Part shown: piece after piece, positions 8,307 through 17,605 of the stretch
Position numbering within the stretch: position 1 is the stretch's first letter
Layout: each line of letters opens with the position of its first letter
Assembly (NCBI GenBank): GCA_046583365.1
Contig: JAYGCL010000074.1
Location: 670-64,669 of the forward strand
From: Deltaproteobacteria bacterium
Lineage (GTDB): Bacteria; Desulfobacterota; Binatia; UBA1149; CAYXZP01
DNA length: 64,000 nucleotides
Direction of reading: 5' to 3'
Notes under the pieces: model-generated
Told to the model about the DNA's origin: nothing
Seen by the model: only the letters and a program-made list of their open reading frames with translations
The model's database searches: none
Program-made: the position numbers and the translations under genes

Positions 8307-10124
8307 GTGATGACCAAGCCGGTATTTGTATATGACGGCGACTGTGACTTCTGCCGTGTATGGATAGAGCGCTGGCGTGAGTTGACCGGCGAGGCGGTCG
8401 ACTACCGTCCCTACCAGCAGGCCGCCGCCGATTTTCCCCACATCCCCGCCGAGGATTTTGTGCGGGCGGCCCACCTCGTCGAGCCCGACGGCAGTGTGAG
8501 CGAAGGGGCTGAGGCCGTGTTCAAAGCCCTGGCTCTGGTGGAGGGGAGGGGGTGGTTGCTCAAACTCTACGCGCTCCCCGGCTTTGCTCGTGCAGCCTCG
8601 GCCGTGTACCGGGCGGTGTCCTCCCACCGCCGCACGGCATCACTGCTGACCTCGCTTTTATGGGGTAAGCGGGTAAAGCGTCCACGCTACAGTCTGGTTC
8701 GTTGGGTCTTCCTCAAGGGCATGGGGGTGGTCTACGCCGTAGCTTTTCTGTCGTTGTGGGTGCAGGTGCATGGGCTTATCGGCAGCCGTGGCATCCTGCC
8801 CGTCGGCCCCTGGCTGGAGTCGGTAGGGATGCAGCAGGCCACGGTCTGGCGTTTTGTAAAGGTTCCCACCCTGCTGTGGTTGGGGTCGGGCGATACCGCC
8901 CTCCACTTGCTCTGTGCCGCCGGCCTGCTGTCGTCGTTGGCCCTGGCCGGCGGTCTGTTGCCCCGCCTTGGCGCGCTGGGAGCCTGGCTCTGCTACCTCT
9001 CCCTGTTCACGGCCGGGCGCGTATTCCTGAGCTTTCAGTGGGACATCCTTCTACTCGAGGCTGGATTTCTGGCCTTACTGTTTGCACCCGGCCGCTTGCG
9101 GCCCGGAGTATTCGGGGGCCGTCCCCCCTCTGCTGCGGTTGTATGGCTTCTACGCTGGCTGCTTTTCCGGCTGATGTTTCTCTCCGGGGCCGTCAAACTT
9201 CTAAGCGGCGACGCTGCGTGGTCGGACCTGACGGCGCTCGGCTTTCACTGGCAAACCCAGCCCCTGCCGGTGGCGACGAGTTGGTATCTCCACCAACTCC
9301 CCGGCTGGTCCCAGCAGGTCTTGTGCGCGGGGGTTTTTGTCGTGGAACTGATAGTGCCGTTTTTTGTCTTTGCCCCTCGCCGCCTGCGCCTGCTGGCCTG
9401 TGGAATCTTTTTGTTCTTTCAGGCCTTGATTGTGGCTACCGGCAACTACGCATTCTTCAACCTGCTTACCGTGGTCCTCTGCATCTGCCTGTTAGACGAC
9501 GATTGGTTGGGACATATGTTGCCAAAACGTATGGCGGGTGTGGCAAGCAAGCCTCCTGTTGCGGCACGGTGTTTTACCGCCGCCGCGGCTTTTGCGGCCC
9601 TGGTCTCACTGCTCGTGGTCACGAGTGGCGCCCAGTTCGCGGGCAGGCTGGGTACTCCGCTTCCACCCGCGCTGCGGGGTCTCGTGTCTGCCTTGGCCCC
9701 CTTGCGCCTGACCAACAGCTACGGGCTCTTTTCCGTCATGAGCAGAAAACGTCCCGAGATAATCGTCGAGGGCAGCATGGACGGAAAAACGTGGCAGGCC
9801 TACGAATTTAAGTGGAAGCCCGGTGACCTCCAGGGCCGGCCCCGTATTGTGGCGCCCCACCAGCCGAGGCTGGACTGGCAGATGTGGTTCGCGGCCCTCG
9901 GCAGTTACCACCGTAATCCCTGGTTTGTCAGCTTCGTGGGGCGTCTGCTGGAGGGGTCCCCGCAGGTTCTTGGTCTGCTCGCGAACGATCCTTTTGATGG
10001 CCGTCCTCCGCGCTATGCAAGGGCGGTGGTCTACGATTACAGCTTTTCCAGTCCCGGCGACGATGCCTGGTGGCGGCGGGTACCTTTGCGTCTCTACATG
10101 CCGGTCATGCAACGCCCCGACTGA
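8307..10124 (+). CDS. Fusion protein: N-terminal DCC-family thiol-disulfide oxidoreductase (DUF393) plus lipase maturation factor (LMF)-like membrane domain
   Basis: N-terminal VYDGDCDFCRVWI (DCC CxxC). The C-terminal half has LMF-like motifs (YGLFSVMSRKRPEIIVEGSMDGKTWQAYEFKWKPGD...DWQMWFAALGSY) and multiple TM helices. Confidence 0.75.
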   Translation: MMTKPVFVYDGDCDFCRVWIERWRELTGEAVDYRPYQQAAADFPHIPAEDFVRAAHLVEPDGSVSEGAEAVFKALALVEGRGWLLKLYALPGFARAASAVYRAVSSHRRTASLLTSLLWGKRVKRPRYSLVRWVFLKGMGVVYAVAFLSLWVQVHGLIGSRGILPVGPWLESVGMQQATVWRFVKVPTLLWLGSGDTALHLLCAAGLLSSLALAGGLLPRLGALGAWLCYLSLFTAGRVFLSFQWDILLLEAGFLALLFAPGRLRPGVFGGRPPSAAVVWLLRWLLFRLMFLSGAVKLLSGDAAWSDLTALGFHWQTQPLPVATSWYLHQLPGWSQQVLCAGVFVVELIVPFFVFAPRRLRLLACGIFLFFQALIVATGNYAFFNLLTVVLCICLLDDDWLGHMLPKRMAGVASKPPVAARCFTAAAAFAALVSLLVVTSGAQFAGRLGTPLPPALRGLVSALAPLRLTNSYGLFSVMSRKRPEIIVEGSMDGKTWQAYEFKWKPGDLQGRPRIVAPHQPRLDWQMWFAALGSYHRNPWFVSFVGRLLEGSPQVLGLLANDPFDGRPPRYARAVVYDYSFSSPGDDAWWRRVPLRLYMPVMQRPD

Positions 10125-10138
10125 ACCGGGTTTTCACG

Positions 10139-11554
10139 GTGGGCTTACCGCCATGGTGGTATTCGCGTAGAATCCCTCTCATCCCTTACTTATCCAACAG
10201 TCGGCGGTGGCGGCGCCTGCGCGAGGCCTTTGGCGTTTACCGCGACCCCCGCATCGTCTCGATCCTCTTCCTCGGATTCTCCAGCGGCCTGCCTCTGGCG
10301 CTTACGTTTTCCACTTTGACCTTCTGGCTCAAGGAGTCGGGACTCACCAATACCACCATCGGTTTGTTCGCATCCGTATCGACCCCCTATGCGCTTAAGT
10401 TTTTGTGGGCACCGCTGGTAGACCGCCTGAACCTGCCCCTGCTGAGCCGGCTTCTGGGACGGCGGCGGGGTTGGGCGGTGGCTACCCAGGTCGCCCTGAT
10501 GGCCGCTCTGGTGGGCCTCGGTTCCACCGACCCGGCCACCCAGGCCGGCACCACGGCGCTGCTGGCTTTTATCGTCGCTTTTTGTTCAGCGTCCCAGGAT
10601 ATTGTCGTTGATGCCTACCGCGTCGAGATCCTCGAGGAACGCCAATATGCGGCAGGCGCGGCGGCCATCGTCTTCGGCTACCGGGTGGGCATGCTGGTTT
10701 CCGGGGCCGGAGCCTTGTTGCTGGCCACCTATGTAGGGTGGTTCGAGGTCTACGTTGCCATGGCGGCTCTGGTCAGTGTGGGCCTGATCACCATCCTTTT
10801 GAGTCCCGAACCGCAAGAGAAATTTACGCAAGAGAGCATCGAGCGGGAAGAACGGGCCACCGAGTACCTGCGCACGCGTCCCCACCTGTCGGGGATGGTC
10901 GCAGACGTGACGGCCTGGCTCTACGTCGCCGTAGCGTGCCCCTTCGCCGATTTTATGGCGCGACGAGGTTGGCTGGCGGTTCTCCTGTTTGTGATGTTCT
11001 ACAAGTTTGGTGATGCCCTGGCCGGGGTCATGACCAACCCCTTCCTGCTCGAACTCGGGTTCACTAAGGCCGAGGTCGCGGCGGTGGTAAAGACCTATGG
11101 TCTGGGTGCCACCCTGGTCGGTGCAGTCCTGGGGGGCAGCCTCATGAAGAGTGTGGGGATGATGCGTTGTCTGTGGATCTGCGGGTTTTTACAGATGTCG
11201 TCCAATCTGATGTTCGCCGTGCAGGCCTGGGCCGGCCACGATCTTATGGTACTGGCGGTTACCATCGGATTGGAAAATCTTGCCGGTGGTATGGGCACGG
11301 CGGCTTTTGTCGCCTACCTCAGCAGTCTGTGCAACGTGGCTTACACGGCCACCCAGTACGCGTTGCTCAGTTCCCTGATGTCGGCGGCGCGAACCTGGCT
11401 GTCGGCTTCGGGCGGTTGGCTGGCCGACCACATGAGTTGGCCCGAGTTCTTTGTGCTGACCACGGTTGCTGCGTTGCCGGGATTGATGTTGTTGGCCCTT
11501 ATCGGGCGCCGCCACATGGGCGGCCTGCCGCAAGTCGGGCAAAGGGAAGGCTAG
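10139..11554 (+). CDS. ampG: AmpG-family muropeptide MFS permease
   Basis: ILFLGFSSGLPLALTFSTLTFWLKESG...GLFASVSTPYALKFLWAPLVDR matches the AmpG N-terminal signature. GTG at 10139 is chosen just after the upstream stop (ORF-track start 10070 overlaps the preceding gene); the start is uncertain. Confidence 0.8.
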   Translation: MGLPPWWYSRRIPLIPYLSNSRRWRRLREAFGVYRDPRIVSILFLGFSSGLPLALTFSTLTFWLKESGLTNTTIGLFASVSTPYALKFLWAPLVDRLNLPLLSRLLGRRRGWAVATQVALMAALVGLGSTDPATQAGTTALLAFIVAFCSASQDIVVDAYRVEILEERQYAAGAAAIVFGYRVGMLVSGAGALLLATYVGWFEVYVAMAALVSVGLITILLSPEPQEKFTQESIEREERATEYLRTRPHLSGMVADVTAWLYVAVACPFADFMARRGWLAVLLFVMFYKFGDALAGVMTNPFLLELGFTKAEVAAVVKTYGLGATLVGAVLGGSLMKSVGMMRCLWICGFLQMSSNLMFAVQAWAGHDLMVLAVTIGLENLAGGMGTAAFVAYLSSLCNVAYTATQYALLSSLMSAARTWLSASGGWLADHMSWPEFFVLTTVAALPGLMLLALIGRRHMGGLPQVGQREG

Positions 11555-11895
11555 GGATTGGAACGTTCTTCGAAGCTTGAAATGTAGTAACCGCTGTTGC
11601 CCAGGGCTTTGTTACATGCTTTCTGGTCGAGGGTTTTGCCGGCCGCCATTTTAACCACCGCGCGTTTGTCGTCGAAGCTGACCTCGGCGCTTTCGACCCC
11701 GTCTATTTTTTTAAGTGCCCCCTCGATGTAGGGCGGGCAACCGACAGAGCAGGACATACCTTCGATGCCGAGTACGTACTCGTGTGCCGGAGCATTGCCT
11801 GACGGAGCGTCGGCAGCGGCCACCGGCCCAGGACAGGCCATCGCCAGAAAGACGGCAACTGTAAATGCGGCCCGGCGCTCTGCTCGCTTTCGCAT
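11551..11895 (-). CDS. Secreted heavy-metal-associated (HMA) domain protein
   Basis: Signal peptide MRKRAERRAAFTVAVFLAMACPGPVAAA plus GMSCSVGC (MxCxxC) HMA motif. Start trimmed from the ORF-track 12090. Confidence 0.75.
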   Translation of the reverse strand: MRKRAERRAAFTVAVFLAMACPGPVAAADAPSGNAPAHEYVLGIEGMSCSVGCPPYIEGALKKIDGVESAEVSFDDKRAVVKMAAGKTLDQKACNKALGNSGYYISSFEERSNP

Positions 11896-11959
11896 ATCGA
11901 CTACATAGAATCGGCCGGGCCGGGAATCAAGCCGCGTGGGCGGCGTGCCAGGGAAAGCA

Positions 11960-13027
11960 ATGTTCAAACAACTGGATATGGGCAGTATAAAGCCGGCTCT
12001 TGACCACTGGCTCAGGCAAAAAATCGGTGATCCCGGTCTCGAGGCCGTCAATATGCGCACACCCGGAGCCGGCGGGATGTCCAACGACACGATTCTTTTC
12101 GAGACCCGGGACAGCGGCGGCCGGGTCCATGAACGACTGGTGGCCAGGCTGGCGCCGACAGAGCAGTTGGTCTTTCCCTCCTACGATCTTTCGGCGCAGT
12201 TCAAGGTCATGAGCAGGCTTGCCGACAGCGGCATCCCCGTACCCGAAACCAGATGGTTGGAGGAGGACACGGAGATCCTGGGAACGCCTTTTTACGTTAT
12301 GGGCGCCGTAGACGGGGAGGCGCCCTCGGATGTTCCCCCTTACCACACCGCGGGTTTGTGTGTGGAGGCCGACGTCGGCCAGCGCGAGACAATGTGGTGG
12401 AGTGGCCTGGACACGATGGCCGCAATCCATGCCCTGGATTGGGAGAAAGCGGGGCTCGATTTTCTCGGCAAGCCCGCCTCTGCGGTTGCGGCTCTGGATG
12501 CCCAACTCTCTTATTGGGAGAACTACCTGGACTGGGCACGTACCGACGAACCCCAGCCGGTGATAGATGCGGGCCGGGTCTGGTTGAGAGAGAACAGTCC
12601 TTCTCCCAGCCGTACGGCCCTGTGTTGGGGCGACTCCCGTCTTCCCAACATGATGTTCAAGGATTTCAAGGTGGCGGCAGTACTCGACTGGGAGATGGCC
12701 TTTATCGGTGACCCCGAGGCCGACCTGGCCTGGTGGTTGTTCCTGGACTGGCACCACAGCGCTGGCTATGGGCTGGAACGTTTGGAAGGTCTACCCGGAC
12801 GTGAGCAGACCGTGGCCCGTTACGAGGAAATAAGCGGCCGGCCGGTGGAGAATCTTTTCTATTACGAAGTGTTTGCGGCCTACCGTTTCGCTGCGATCAT
12901 GATTCGTGTGGTCGAAAATTTGAAGGTAAGAGGCTTCCCGTTGTCGGGACCGGACTTTGGCAGTAACAACCCCTGTACATGCCACCTGGCCGAACTGCTC
13001 GAACTTCCCTCGCCGTCAAACCCCTAG
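11960..13027 (+). CDS. Phosphotransferase (APH/choline-kinase-like) family protein
   Basis: LPNMMFKDFKVAAVLDWEMAFIGDPEADLA is the Brenner/APH catalytic-loop region. ATG at 11960 with GGGAAAG RBS. Confidence 0.75.
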   Translation: MFKQLDMGSIKPALDHWLRQKIGDPGLEAVNMRTPGAGGMSNDTILFETRDSGGRVHERLVARLAPTEQLVFPSYDLSAQFKVMSRLADSGIPVPETRWLEEDTEILGTPFYVMGAVDGEAPSDVPPYHTAGLCVEADVGQRETMWWSGLDTMAAIHALDWEKAGLDFLGKPASAVAALDAQLSYWENYLDWARTDEPQPVIDAGRVWLRENSPSPSRTALCWGDSRLPNMMFKDFKVAAVLDWEMAFIGDPEADLAWWLFLDWHHSAGYGLERLEGLPGREQTVARYEEISGRPVENLFYYEVFAAYRFAAIMIRVVENLKVRGFPLSGPDFGSNNPCTCHLAELLELPSPSNP

Positions 13028-13049
13028 GCGGACCTGCGGGGTCGTTTGG

Positions 13050-14060
13050 ATGTTGGAGACAGCCGGCTACCGAATGCCCGCCGAATGGGAGCCCCACCGT
13101 GCCTGCTGGTTGGCCTGGCCTTGTCAGGAGGACCTGTGGGGAGAAGACCTTGACGGCGTACGTCGCGAGTTTGTGGGTCTTTGCCGGGCCATCGGTGGTG
13201 AGAAAGTTGAGGTCCTGGTCTTCGACGAAGCCGGCCAACGGCAGGCCCGCCGTGAACTGGCAGGAGTAGACGCCGATTTCCACCGTGCGGCCTATGGGGA
13301 TGTGTGGCTACGTGACACCGGTCCGTCCTTTCTCGTTGACGCCGGTGGTGGGCTGGCCGGGCTGTGTTTCAGGTTTAACGGTTGGGGGGAAAAATACCTG
13401 TTTGAATCCGACGACACGGTGGGCGTTCGTGTAACCGTCCTGGCCGGTGCGGCGGTGTTGGAAGCCGGGGGTATGGTGGTCGAGGGCGGAGCCCTCGAGG
13501 TTGACGGCCAGGGCACCTGTCTGACCACCCGCAGTTGCCTGCTCAACCACAACCGTAACCCGCAAATGGACGAGGAAGGGGCGGGAGCGTTTTTGTGTGA
13601 GGCTTTGGGGGTGGAAAAAGTTTTGTGGCTGGAACGCGGACTCGATAGCGACCATACCGATGGTCACGTGGACACTCTGGCCCGTTTTAGTCAGCCTGGA
13701 CGCGTGGTTTGTATGCGGGCGGGCAATGCCGGTGATCCCGGCTGTGAGGTGTTTGCCGAGGTGGAAAAGACGCTGTCGGCGGCCACCGATGCCGGCGGAC
13801 GGCGATTGGAAGTCGTTACCCTGCCTTCGCCCGGTGCGGTTAACGGGCAGGACGGGTCTCTGTTGCCGGCCAGCTATCTCAACTTTTATATCTCCAACTC
13901 AAGCGTCGTAATTCCCGTCTACGGTTCGGTCCACGACCGGGAGGCTGTTGACACCATTGCCTCTCTGTTCCCCGGCCGCGAGGCCGTGGCTCTTGAGGCC
14001 CGGTTGTTGTTGGGCGGTGGCGGGGCTTTCCACTGTATCACCCAGCAGGAGCCGGCATGA
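13050..14060 (+). CDS. aguA: Agmatine deiminase
   Basis: MPAEWEPH...WLRDTGP...GGALEVDGQGTCLTT...DGHVD...GGGAFHCITQQ is the agmatine deiminase/PAD family pattern. Confidence 0.85.
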   Translation: MLETAGYRMPAEWEPHRACWLAWPCQEDLWGEDLDGVRREFVGLCRAIGGEKVEVLVFDEAGQRQARRELAGVDADFHRAAYGDVWLRDTGPSFLVDAGGGLAGLCFRFNGWGEKYLFESDDTVGVRVTVLAGAAVLEAGGMVVEGGALEVDGQGTCLTTRSCLLNHNRNPQMDEEGAGAFLCEALGVEKVLWLERGLDSDHTDGHVDTLARFSQPGRVVCMRAGNAGDPGCEVFAEVEKTLSAATDAGGRRLEVVTLPSPGAVNGQDGSLLPASYLNFYISNSSVVIPVYGSVHDREAVDTIASLFPGREAVALEARLLLGGGGAFHCITQQEPA

Positions 14061-14926
14061 AAGATCTGCTGCTGGCTGTGGTGCAGGCGGCACTCGGTGG
14101 CGACCGTGCCCACAACAACGCCAGGATAGAGGAACTCGTGCGCGAAGCGGCCGGTCGCGGGGCCGGCTTCGTGGTACTTCCCGAACTGTTTGATGGTCCG
14201 TATTTCTGCAAGGGCAAGGACCCTCGCCACTTCGACCTGGCCCGCCCGGCCGGCAGTCACGAGACGGTTGAACGCTTCAGGCGCCTGGCCGCCGAGCTCG
14301 GTCTGTGTCTGCCGGTTTCTTTCTTCGAGCGAGACGGAGAGCGTTTCTACAACAGTGTGGCTCTGATTGATGGTGGGGGGCGTATCGACGGAGTTTATCG
14401 CAAGAGCCACATCCCTGATGGTCCGGGCTACGAAGAGAAATACTACTTCGAAGCCGGCGACAGCGGCTTCAATGTCTGGTCCACCAAACACGGTTGCGCC
14501 GGAGTGGGCATATGCTGGGATCAGTGGTTCCCCGAGTGCGCCCGTTCTCTGGTGCTTGGGGGGGCAGATTTTCTGGTCTACCCCTCGGCCATAGGCAGCG
14601 AACCCGAAGACCCGGACCTGGATACCAGGGGGCCCTGGCGGCGTGTAATGATCGGACATGCCGTGGCCAACGCGGTGGCGGTGGCCGCTGCCAACCGTAT
14701 TGGAGAGGAAGATGGGCAGGTGTTTTACGGCAACTCTTTTATCGCCGACCACAAAGGGGAAGTATTGGCCTCACTGGCCGAGGATGAAGAGGGCGTTGCC
14801 GTGGCGAGGGTGGATATTGCCGAGGTGAGACGCTACAGAGAGTCCTTCTCCCTGATCGGCGACCGCCGTCCCGACCTCTATCAATCCCTTGTCGGTGGGC
14901 AAGGCGTGAAAACGGTAAAGCGATGA
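14057..14926 (+). CDS. aguB: N-carbamoylputrescine amidohydrolase (CN-hydrolase family)
   Basis: Nitrilase-superfamily E-K-C triad context (VLPELF...GICWDQWFPE). ATGA overlap with aguA. Confidence 0.85.
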   Translation: MKDLLLAVVQAALGGDRAHNNARIEELVREAAGRGAGFVVLPELFDGPYFCKGKDPRHFDLARPAGSHETVERFRRLAAELGLCLPVSFFERDGERFYNSVALIDGGGRIDGVYRKSHIPDGPGYEEKYYFEAGDSGFNVWSTKHGCAGVGICWDQWFPECARSLVLGGADFLVYPSAIGSEPEDPDLDTRGPWRRVMIGHAVANAVAVAAANRIGEEDGQVFYGNSFIADHKGEVLASLAEDEEGVAVARVDIAEVRRYRESFSLIGDRRPDLYQSLVGGQGVKTVKR

Positions 14927-15321
14927 AACAGACTTTTGGAGACCTGCTCGGGTACAAGCACCGCCGCGCCAAGGGCGACAGTGCGGTGGTCGAGTTGGAA
15001 CTCGGCCCCCAACACATGAGCCGTGCCGAGAGGGTCCATGGTGGTGTTCTCTTTTCCCTTCTCGATACGGCCATGGGCCGTGCCGTGATTTCGGCCCTGC
15101 CCGCGGGCAAGGGCTGTGCCACCGTTGAGATGAAGATCAATTTCTTCCGTCCCGTCCAGTCCGGCCGTGTGAGAGCCACAGGTCGTCTGGTCAACCTTAC
15201 GCGTCACACGGCCTACACCGAGGGGGAACTTCACAACGAAGATGGCAAGTTGGTGGCCAAAACCTCGGGCACTTTTTTCATCACGTCTACCCGCAAACAG
15301 TCCGAGCGCGAACGGGTCTAA
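14923..15321 (+). CDS. PaaI/hotdog-fold thioesterase
   Basis: HGGVLFSLLDTAMGRAV is the 4HBT motif. ATGA overlap with aguB. Confidence 0.75.
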   Translation: MKQTFGDLLGYKHRRAKGDSAVVELELGPQHMSRAERVHGGVLFSLLDTAMGRAVISALPAGKGCATVEMKINFFRPVQSGRVRATGRLVNLTRHTAYTEGELHNEDGKLVAKTSGTFFITSTRKQSERERV

Positions 15322-16031
15322 GCGCCGCAGTCAGGCTGGTCGGCCAGCCGGGCCGGGTCGGGGCAGACGACGGTCCTTCCCTTGTCAAAGCGCAGGGCCG
15401 TAGTGCCCAGAGCGGCAGCCTCTTCGGGGTCGTGGGTTACCAGCACACAGGGGATAGTGTGGCGTTTGAGAGTTTCGGCCACGGTAGCGATGAGTTGGTC
15501 ACGACCCTCACGGTCCAGCGAGGTAAAAGGCTCGTCGAGCAGCAGGAGGTCGGGTTGCGGGGCCAGAGCTCTGGCCAGGGCTACCCGCTGGGCTTCCCCT
15601 CCCGAAAGGGTCCCGGGTGTCTTGGCTGCCAAGTCTGCGATCTTGAGTTCCTCCATCAGCTCCATGACCATGGTGTTGCCCCGGCGGCGTTGTTGGCGGG
15701 GCAGTCCGAAGGTGACGTTGTCCAGAACACTGCAAAAGGGAAACAGCGAGCGTTGTTGGGGGAGGTATCCGAAGCCCCGGTCCTGGGGGGGCACCCAGAC
15801 CCCCGTGCTGCTGTCGTATAGAGTGCGTGTACGGGTCTTGATAAGACCGCTGCCGGGACGCAGGTGGCCGGCAAGGGCGCGCAGGCAGGAGGACTTGCCC
15901 GACCCCGATGGTCCAAACAATACCAGTACGCCCGTTTGCAACTCAAAGTCGGCCTCAAGTTGGAAAGGCCGGTGGCTGTCTCCGAGGGTGACGTTGATGG
16001 TTGCCGACAAGGCCGGAGCAGCAGGTATCAT
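15318..16031 (-). CDS. modC: Molybdate/tungstate ABC transporter ATP-binding protein
   Basis: Walker A GPSGSGKSS, signature LSGGEAQRVALARAL, Walker B LLLLDEP. It is the terminal gene of the modABC operon. Confidence 0.8.
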   Translation of the reverse strand: MIPAAPALSATINVTLGDSHRPFQLEADFELQTGVLVLFGPSGSGKSSCLRALAGHLRPGSGLIKTRTRTLYDSSTGVWVPPQDRGFGYLPQQRSLFPFCSVLDNVTFGLPRQQRRRGNTMVMELMEELKIADLAAKTPGTLSGGEAQRVALARALAPQPDLLLLDEPFTSLDREGRDQLIATVAETLKRHTIPCVLVTHDPEEAAALGTTALRFDKGRTVVCPDPARLADQPDCGA

Positions 16032-16708
16032 GTCGATTGTCCTCGGGGGCGGGGAGAGAAACGGGAGGAGAGTATCACCACGAGCAGAGAGAAGGCCGTG
16101 AGACAGAGGACGTAGAAAAGCGCTCGGCCATCGTCGCCGGCCTGGTAGGCGGAAAAAATTTCCAATGGCATGGTGTTGGTGCGTCCGGGGATGTTGCCGG
16201 CAAACATAAGTGTAGCGCCGAACTCACCCAGGGCTCGGGCATAGGCCAGGGCTATGGCGGCCAGTATCCCCCGCCAGGCCGCCGGCAGGATGACGCGAAA
16301 GAACAGAGTCCAGGAGCGCAGGCCCAACGAGCGACCCACCTCTTCGAGTTCCAGGGGAACGCTTTCTATGGCCGGTTGTGCGGTCTTTACCAGGATGGGC
16401 AACGCGACCACGGCGGCCGCTATCACGGCCGCAAACGGAGAAAAGATTATCCGCAGGTCGAAGATACCTTCGAGCCATCGGCCTATAGGGCCCTGCCTTC
16501 CCATGGCCATGACGAGGAAGAACCCGACTACCGAGGGGGGTAGCACCATGGGCAGCAGGATTACGGCATCCACCAGCGGGCGCAGAAAGTAGCGGCGGCG
16601 GGCTTGCAGGTAGACCAGGGCCAGTGCCGGTGGAGTCACGATGAGAATGGCCGCGGTTGCCACTTTGAACGACAGGACCAGGGGGAAGTAGTTGATACCC
16701 TCCGGCAT
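16028..16708 (-). CDS. modB: Molybdate ABC transporter permease
   Basis: ModB-like EAA-loop region (LGEFGATLMFAGNIPGRTNTMP). 4-nt overlaps at both ends. Confidence 0.85.
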   Translation of the reverse strand: MPEGINYFPLVLSFKVATAAILIVTPPALALVYLQARRRYFLRPLVDAVILLPMVLPPSVVGFFLVMAMGRQGPIGRWLEGIFDLRIIFSPFAAVIAAAVVALPILVKTAQPAIESVPLELEEVGRSLGLRSWTLFFRVILPAAWRGILAAIALAYARALGEFGATLMFAGNIPGRTNTMPLEIFSAYQAGDDGRALFYVLCLTAFSLLVVILSSRFSPRPRGQST

Positions 16709-17502
16709 CAGCCGCCCTCTCCATTCAGGCTGGAAATGCTTGGGCCGAAGCCATGCTTGGAAAACAGAGCAACTGCCGTGGGGGTGGTTAAAAAATCGAC
16801 GAACTCCGCAGCCCGCAGTCGTCGCCGTTCCGTCGTTGCTGTGACGGCGGCGACCACTTCTCCCAATGGAGCATCATCGAGGGTGTCCAGGATCACCGCG
16901 TCTTTCATTCCTCTGACGTCGGTTTCGTAGACTATGCCCGCCCTTACTTCGCCCCTGCGTACATAGGCCAATACCATTGCGACGTTCCTGCCCAGCACCA
17001 GGTTGTTTTGTACGGACTCCCAGAGTCCGGCCCGCCTGAGAGCGACTCGGGCGTATTGTCCCACCGGGGCGAGGTGTGGGTCGCCTATGGCCAGGTGCTG
17101 GTCGGCAGCGAGACTGTCCAGTTGGCTCAGGCTTAGCGGTTTGCTGTTTTCTGGTCCGGCCAACACCAGGCGGTTTGTTGCCACCGAGCGTTGCGACTTC
17201 TTATCGGCGAATCCCTCTTTGATAAGGGTCCCGACGGGCAGCGGGGACGCCAGTACTACGGCATCGACCGGGGCTCCACGTCGAACCTGCTGCAGGGCGG
17301 TGCCCGAAGAAGAATAGGTGGCCGTTATGCTTATGTCGGGGTGAGTGGAGACAAAAGACACGATTAACTCGGGCATGATATGGCGCAGGCTCGACGCTGC
17401 GGCAATGACAAGGGGGCGGTCTTGCTGGTGGGAACACGCAGAGACCGCAAATACGATGGCGATGAGGAAAATGTTGGGCGGCCGTTGGTGTAGAGCAGAC
17501 AC
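16708..17502 (-). CDS. modA: Molybdate-binding periplasmic lipoprotein
   Basis: The ModA-like domain begins at PLVIAAASSL...GAPVDAVVLAS and is preceded by the lipoprotein signal ...IFLIAIVFAVSAC. The N-terminal 150 aa of ORF 16708..17955 is low-complexity junk; GTG at 17502 is the proposed start. Confidence 0.75.
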   Translation of the reverse strand: MSALHQRPPNIFLIAIVFAVSACSHQQDRPLVIAAASSLRHIMPELIVSFVSTHPDISITATYSSSGTALQQVRRGAPVDAVVLASPLPVGTLIKEGFADKKSQRSVATNRLVLAGPENSKPLSLSQLDSLAADQHLAIGDPHLAPVGQYARVALRRAGLWESVQNNLVLGRNVAMVLAYVRRGEVRAGIVYETDVRGMKDAVILDTLDDAPLGEVVAAVTATTERRRLRAAEFVDFLTTPTAVALFSKHGFGPSISSLNGEGG

Positions 17503-17527
17503 CGGGCAGGCTCTATCATGGGAGTGC

Positions 17528-17546
17528 TTCCAACGGTACGTTGGAA
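17528..17546. promoter_or_regulatory. Perfect inverted repeat TTCCAACG-gta-CGTTGGAA in the modA / yfcH-like divergent intergenic region (candidate operator)
   Basis: 8-bp arms read directly; located 26-44 nt upstream of the proposed modA start. Confidence 0.3.
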
Positions 17547-17605
17547 CGGCTGTTTTATTGCTCGCCGTTTGAGTCGGGTAGGTTACCGGGCAAGTTAGCG
17601 GGGCT

